Positions 58,523-64,000 of a stretch of 64,000 nucleotides of DNA are shown piece after piece (the first letter of the stretch is position 1; each line of letters begins with the position of its first letter). The notes below the pieces were generated by a model. The model was given only the letters and a program-made list of their open reading frames with translations. It did no database searches and had not been told where the DNA came from. This stretch comes from Christensenellaceae bacterium (GTDB taxonomy: Bacteria > Bacillota > Clostridia > Christensenellales > Borkfalkiaceae): positions 4,945-68,944 of the forward strand of contig JAZNCJ010000002.1 in NCBI GenBank assembly GCA_045587465.1, read 5' to 3'. The position numbers and the translations under genes were made by a program.

Positions 58523-59848
58523 TTATTTATTTAAGTTTTCTTGCATAATTCTTACGTTTTCTTTAACAATCGTTGCGTCTGTATTTTCTTCAAGTCTATA
58601 GAAAGTTGCTCTCTTAAACACAGTAACTTCATAGCCACCACGAACCATATCTTCTTGTGCAGGAAGATAGAATTCAGAGCCGTTTGTATTACACGTGCAG
58701 AGTGTGTGTTCAAATGGACTAAACTTACGAAGTCTAAGTGATACTGAGCCAAACATTTCAAATGGGAAAGGAACGAAAACTGTTGAGTTAAAGTTAAACA
58801 TAACTTGATGATATTTCATGCTATCGATAAACTCTTCATTGTTTTCATACATCTTAACTGCATTTTGAAGTGACGCTTGTTCTCTTAAGCCAACGCTTTG
58901 AGGGTTGTCGCCAAGTTCAACAAGTCTTGCTTTAACTTCTTCAAGTGTTAAGTGTGGTTTATAAGGAAGACAAACTTCACCCTTTAAGATATTAAAATTA
59001 ACTTCTCTATAATCTTTGATTTGCTTATATGCTCTTGTTGCGTCCAATGCTGCAAGGCATCCAACTTCTGTCATTTCTCTTAGTTCGCTTTCACCTGTTT
59101 CAAGGTTGCTTGGGCCTGTTGTTCCACCACTAGAAAGTCTTGGGCCAACGTCACCTTCTGCGCCGTTGAAGAATACCGTTGTTGCGCCTGTGTGTTTTTC
59201 TAAGCTGTCAATCATAGGACCTGGCCAGTCACGTGTGATTTCCCAACAGCCACCTGCTGCCGTGCCGTGACAACCATAGTGAACGATATTTACAATTGGC
59301 TTTCCTTCTAAATCCTTAAACGCCAAAACTGTCATAGTTTTATCTAAAATACCAAATGGGTTTTGCCCCAAAGTAACACGACCTGGTTCAACATACTCAC
59401 GGCGATTGATACCAACTAAACTTTCTGTTGTTGAAACGCCCATAACAGCTGGGACCATACTATCAATAGCTCTTTTTGCAGCCTTTGCCGTTTGTGGAAT
59501 TAAAATTTCATCAATATAAGCATCGTTTGCATCACCCCAACCACCAGAAGACTTAATTGCTGGACCTGAGTGAGTGTGCGTTGCTGAGAAAGAAATATTT
59601 TCCTTAGCAACCCCCGTTAAATCGAAAATTGCTTGTCTAATTCTATCAGTTATTTCAAAAGTGACACTACAAATATCAGCACTGATAATAACGCCACGGA
59701 GTTCGCCTTGTTCACACGCAATAGCATTAACGCATAAATCATCGTGAACTCTTGATGCTGGTCTTTTTCTTGGATAGCCATAAAGCAAAGTGCCGAGTGG
59801 TGGTGAAATAACTTCTTTTGCCACGCCAATTTTGAATTGATTTTTCAT
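58523..59848 (-). CDS. neutral/alkaline ceramidase-like domain protein, cytoplasmic (paralog 2)
   Basis: IGVAKEVISPPLGTLLYGY, SATHTHSGPA, HYGCHGTAAGG and FFNGAEGDVGP are collinear with the protein at 2085-3440. Confidence 0.6.
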   Translation of the reverse strand: MKNQFKIGVAKEVISPPLGTLLYGYPRKRPASRVHDDLCVNAIACEQGELRGVIISADICSVTFEITDRIRQAIFDLTGVAKENISFSATHTHSGPAIKSSGGWGDANDAYIDEILIPQTAKAAKRAIDSMVPAVMGVSTTESLVGINRREYVEPGRVTLGQNPFGILDKTMTVLAFKDLEGKPIVNIVHYGCHGTAAGGCWEITRDWPGPMIDSLEKHTGATTVFFNGAEGDVGPRLSSGGTTGPSNLETGESELREMTEVGCLAALDATRAYKQIKDYREVNFNILKGEVCLPYKPHLTLEEVKARLVELGDNPQSVGLREQASLQNAVKMYENNEEFIDSMKYHQVMFNFNSTVFVPFPFEMFGSVSLRLRKFSPFEHTLCTCNTNGSEFYLPAQEDMVRGGYEVTVFKRATFYRLEENTDATIVKENVRIMQENLNK

Positions 59849-59929
59849 AATTTTTATTTCCTCTTTATAATTTATGTCTTTTGCTAAATATTTTCTACCA
59901 AATTTAGCGAGTCATCCCTAACCACTTTA

Positions 59930-59958
59930 ATAATACCACCCCTAATTTTTTTTGTCAA
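59930..59958 (-). promoter_or_regulatory. sigma-A type promoter of ceramidase-like paralog 2
   Basis: Minus strand TTGACA, 17 nt, TATTAT. Leader of about 75 nt ending in AAGAGGAAA. Confidence 0.5.
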
Positions 59959-60012
59959 TATATAATTATAATTTTTATTAAGTAATTATTAAAAAATTTA
60001 ATGAAAAATACA

Positions 60013-60047
60013 ACAAAAAAGGACCATCAAAATTTTGATAGTCCTTT
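60013..60047 (-). terminator. strong minus-strand intrinsic terminator closing the gdhA-distal non-coding region
   Basis: Minus strand AAAGGACTATCAAAA/TTTTGATGGTCCTTT followed by TTTTTT. Confidence 0.75.
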
Positions 60048-60064
60048 AGTTTATTATTTAATTC

Positions 60065-60213
60065 ATTTTAAGGTTTAGAAACAAGTTAGGCTAGGCTCGT
60101 TAAGTGCTTTGGGTGAGATAGACCTTGCTGGTCATCTGTATTTTAAGGTTTAGAAACAAGTTAGGCGAGGCTCGTGCAGACAAGAAGATTTGATAGAACG
60201 TCTGTTCATCAAA
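60065..60213. repeat. tandem repeat, two well-preserved ~75-nt units (36-nt box plus bulged hairpin); a third decayed unit follows
   Basis: The box ATTTTAAGGTTTAGAAACAAGTTAGGCTAGGCTCGT at 60065-60100 recurs at 60140-60175 (35/36). Hairpins lie at 60116-60137 and 60189-60213. Confidence 0.85.
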
Positions 60214-60247
60214 GTTTCGAGTTTGCGCAGAAACGAAGCATGACGCC

Positions 60248-60265
60248 GTTTATAAGCCTTAAAAT
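60248..60265. repeat. inverted half-copy of the 36-nt box
   Basis: GTTTATAAGCCTTAAAAT is the reverse complement of box positions 1-18 at 16 of 18 positions. Confidence 0.7.
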
Positions 60266-60389
60266 AAAGTGAATTAGTTGCAAGCAAGAGCAGGAAAACG
60301 AGCATTGTGGAAGGGCGTGTACTTTTTGTACACAACCAACACAAGCACAAGTTTGACACACTATTGCGTAGCAAATAATTTACTGTAAA

Positions 60390-61778
<1,389 letters not shown>

Positions 61779-61878
61779 TTATATCACATTTTTATTAAAA
61801 ACACATATTTTTTGAACACGTTTTTTATATAAATTTTTTATATTTTTTATTATTTTTGGTTATATCTCTTATTTTTAG

Positions 61879-63003
61879 CTAAAAACACTGCTGAAGGTCG
61901 ACAAACACTGCAAATAAAAGCAGTATGATAAGTCCGATAGTATGAATTAAGCCTTCAACCCTGCGATTTAACGGTTTCTTTCTAATACCTTCAATTGCCG
62001 TAAACACCACTCTAGAGCCATCTAATGCTGGGAAAGGCAATAGGTTAAATACTGCAAGGTTTACTCCGATAAAAGACGTCATGTTTAGAAGTTGTCTCAA
62101 GCCACCGATTTTTATCACGTCGGCAGTGACGGCAATGGTCGTCACCGTGCCACCGAGCGAGCCTATTCCAAGCGCACCCGTTATGAGCTGACCTAAAACA
62201 GTAAAAATCGTGCCGGCTATAATAAAGGAATATTCAAAACTTCTTGCAATGGTTTCAAAAAAACCAAACCTTACGCTCGTTGAGTACATTCCACCGTCAA
62301 TTATTCTTCCTTGGCTATCAGCTTGATAGTAAATTCCAAGCGCATCATATAACCCAGACATATCTTCTACGTTTTCAAAATGCGTTGACGTGCGAAGCTG
62401 AATTTTAACGTCAATATCTTTTTCACCACGCCTAACTGTAAAATCAACCAGTTCACCTTTTTGCTTACCCTTAATAATCTCCATAAGGTCGGTGACTAGA
62501 TAAACGTTTTTGCCTTCGGCACTGAGTATAAAATCTAAATCTTGAAAACAATGCTCGCTTGCAATATCACTAGGTCTATCTTGCATTTTATATGTCACCA
62601 AAGTCGTTTGGCCATAGCACGAAAACATAATTATAATAACTATAACGGATAGCAAATAGTTCATAAAAGCGCCCGAGATAAGCACGATTATTCTTTGCCA
62701 CCATTTTTTGTTGTTAAATGCAGTAGGGTCATCACTATCGTCGTCTTCGCCACGAAAAGCGCAAAAACCACCGATAGGCAACGCCCTGATTGAAAATAGT
62801 TCGCCGTTTTTCTTTTTCTTAGAAAATATTTTAGGCCCAAAGCCAACGGCAAACTCGTCGATACCAAACCCAAAAATTTTACCTGCTATATAATGCCCAA
62901 ACTCGTGCACAGTTATCATAACTAGCAGTATTAAAATTGCAAGGGCTATATATCCCACGTACGACATGATTTGCCCAAAGGAAGATAGTAATAAATAATT
63001 CAT
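61879..63003 (-). CDS. rseP: RIP metalloprotease RseP (site-2 protease)
   Basis: HEFGHYIAGK zinc motif, NLLPFPALDG, and a central PDZ-like region. ATGA overlap with dxr. Confidence 0.9.
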   Translation of the reverse strand: MNYLLLSSFGQIMSYVGYIALAILILLVMITVHEFGHYIAGKIFGFGIDEFAVGFGPKIFSKKKKNGELFSIRALPIGGFCAFRGEDDDSDDPTAFNNKKWWQRIIVLISGAFMNYLLSVIVIIIMFSCYGQTTLVTYKMQDRPSDIASEHCFQDLDFILSAEGKNVYLVTDLMEIIKGKQKGELVDFTVRRGEKDIDVKIQLRTSTHFENVEDMSGLYDALGIYYQADSQGRIIDGGMYSTSVRFGFFETIARSFEYSFIIAGTIFTVLGQLITGALGIGSLGGTVTTIAVTADVIKIGGLRQLLNMTSFIGVNLAVFNLLPFPALDGSRVVFTAIEGIRKKPLNRRVEGLIHTIGLIILLLFAVFVDLQQCF

Positions 63004-64000
63004 TTTACTCCAAATAAAAATTTCACGTAATTTCTTGCAAACTTGTCAGCCTCTATTAAGTCTTCAAAGTGAACGTGGTGCGAGCCGTCAAAAGCCTGCA
63101 TTGCACCGTATATACTTTTATAAATATCGTTATAACCGATTTTACCTTCAAGAAAAAGCTTGACTGCTTGTTCGTTTGCCCCATTTATAACGGCTGGATA
63201 TAATCCACCTTCTTTTGCACCAGCTAGCACTAAATCGAAGCAAGGAAATCTCTCGTTATCAACGCTTTCAAAAGTTAGATTTTTAAGCTTGCTAAAATCC
63301 AAGCTCTTGATTTTTGTTTTAAGCCTTTCTGGAAAGGACAGAGCAAGCTGTATTGCTAGTCTCATATCAGGATAACTCATCTGAGCAATTACACTGCTGT
63401 CAATTAGCTCTACCATAGAGTGTATGATGCTTTGCCTATGAATTATAACGTCTATCTTATCAAAAGACGTATTGTAAAGCCATTTTGCTTCAACAACTTC
63501 AAAGGCTTTATTAACTAAGGTTGCGCAATCTATTGTAATTTTTGCACCCATTTGCCAATTTGGATGAATAAGTGCATCTTTTGCCCTAAGACGTTTCATT
63601 TCTTCAAGCGTTTTATCTCTAAAAGCACCACCACTTGCCGTTAAAATTATCTTATTAAACGGCGCATTGAAATCGAAGTTAAGCGCCTGCCAAACAGCAG
63701 AGTGTTCGCTGTCTATAGGCGAAATTTTAATGCCTTTTTCCTTTGCCTTTTGCATTACAAGACTGCCACCCACAACCAAGCTTTCCTTGTTTGCAAGCGC
63801 AATATCTTTACCCTTTTCAATGGCATCTAAAACAGCGATTATGCCCTTAAAGCCAACGAGTGCCACCACAACCACGTCAACTTCATCAGTTATAGCGTTT
63901 ACGAAAGCATCTTCGCCAAAGAAGAACTCCGTTCCTTTTGGCAAGCTGGCGTTTGGCTGTTGGCAAAGTGTTGCCACTTTTGGCTTAAACTCATTGACCT
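63000..64000 (-). CDS. dxr: 1-deoxy-D-xylulose 5-phosphate reductoisomerase, C-terminal ~330 codons (N-terminus beyond the right edge)
   Basis: LANKESLV, SPIDSEHSA, ILTASGGAF and NKAFEVVEAKWL motifs. The frame stays open to the window edge, upstream of the GTG used by the ORF track. Confidence 0.93.
   Translation of the reverse strand, partial: VNEFKPKVATLCQQPNASLPKGTEFFFGEDAFVNAITDEVDVVVVALVGFKGIIAVLDAIEKGKDIALANKESLVVGGSLVMQKAKEKGIKISPIDSEHSAVWQALNFDFNAPFNKIILTASGGAFRDKTLEEMKRLRAKDALIHPNWQMGAKITIDCATLVNKAFEVVEAKWLYNTSFDKIDVIIHRQSIIHSMVELIDSSVIAQMSYPDMRLAIQLALSFPERLKTKIKSLDFSKLKNLTFESVDNERFPCFDLVLAGAKEGGLYPAVINGANEQAVKLFLEGKIGYNDIYKSIYGAMQAFDGSHHVHFEDLIEADKFARNYVKFLFGVK

Noticed and set aside
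60065-60110. String resemblance of the box (TAGAAA..CAAGTTA..GGCTAG..CGTTA) to type II crRNA/tracrRNA scaffold sequence
   Set aside because: The box does not fold into a repeat:anti-repeat duplex or a nexus-like stem. The similarity is to short A/T-rich words recalled from memory, and there is no Cas9. I treat it as coincidence unless a covariance search says otherwise.
60065-60175. Mini CRISPR array (two 36-nt repeats separated by a 39-nt spacer, with a possible anti-repeat at 60248-60265)
   Set aside because: There are only two good repeats. The would-be spacer is homologous to the sequence after the second repeat (same hairpin, same spacing), which true spacers are not. No cas gene lies in the window, and housekeeping genes flank the site on both sides.
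60150-60374. 74-aa minus-strand ORF in the gdhA-distal gap
   Set aside because: It has a TTG start and no SD. It runs across the repeat units, and its composition looks like translated non-coding DNA.
63955-64000. Apparent frameshift in dxr (an extra T at the 63960/63961 line junction; the last printed line has 41 bases)
   Set aside because: The supplied ORF translation reads straight through (LCQQPNAS) and its coordinates fit a 64000-nt sequence. This looks like a display artefact, not a pseudogene. Coordinates elsewhere agree with the ORF track.

Overview
This 64-kb window looks like core chromosome from a low-GC Firmicute of the clostridial type. Supporting genes are sporulation sigma factor SigG, pta-ackA, rubrerythrin, GlnRS, and rpmF-yceD. 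I call 57 protein genes. About 50 are on the minus strand and tightly packed, with many 1-14 nt overlaps, so the minus strand is probably the leading strand.

Recognisable content:
- DNA repair: mfd, uvrB-uvrA.
- Translation: pth, tadA, rlmH, rpmF, tmcAL, and the aminoacyl-tRNA synthetase genes alaS-like, cysS, serS, glnS, glyQS.
- Nucleotide, amino-acid and central metabolism: prs, guaB, glnA, gdhA, cysK, cysE, pdxK, pta, ackA, dxr.
- Transport: amino-acid ABC system, a sodium:alanine (AGCS) symporter, a P-type ATPase, a cation/H+ antiporter, MgtC.
- One OmpR-type two-component pair.
- RNA genes: tRNA-Gln(CUG) and tRNA-Arg(ACG).
- Two cis-regulatory RNAs, both on the minus strand: a glycine riboswitch ahead of the symporter, and a probable yybP-ykoY (Mn2+) riboswitch ahead of the P-type ATPase.

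I see no CRISPR-cas locus, transposase, integrase or prophage.

The stretches least explained by ordinary annotation are:
1. A 541-bp non-coding gap (59849-60389) holding a decaying ~75-nt tandem repeat with a covarying hairpin and an inverted half-copy.
2. The roughly 0.9 kb on the 3' side of tRNA-Arg (33.4-34.4 kb). It holds tRNA-Arg debris with a 17-nt exact duplication, a self-contained 19-codon micro-gene with an SD-occluding clamp, a divergent orphan hairpin/terminator unit, and an AT-rich orphan ORF.
3. Several proteins with atypical architecture: an AlaRS that ends right after a minimal editing core, a circularly permuted amino-acid-binding lipoprotein, an ABC ATPase with a ~65-70 aa insertion, two cytoplasmic ceramidase-like paralogs, and a pair of membrane-anchored small proteins leading the uvrBA operon.

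All functional calls rest on motifs I recognise by eye in the supplied translations. No database search, HMM, covariance model or folding program was run. Promoter and terminator calls are consensus and hairpin readings only.
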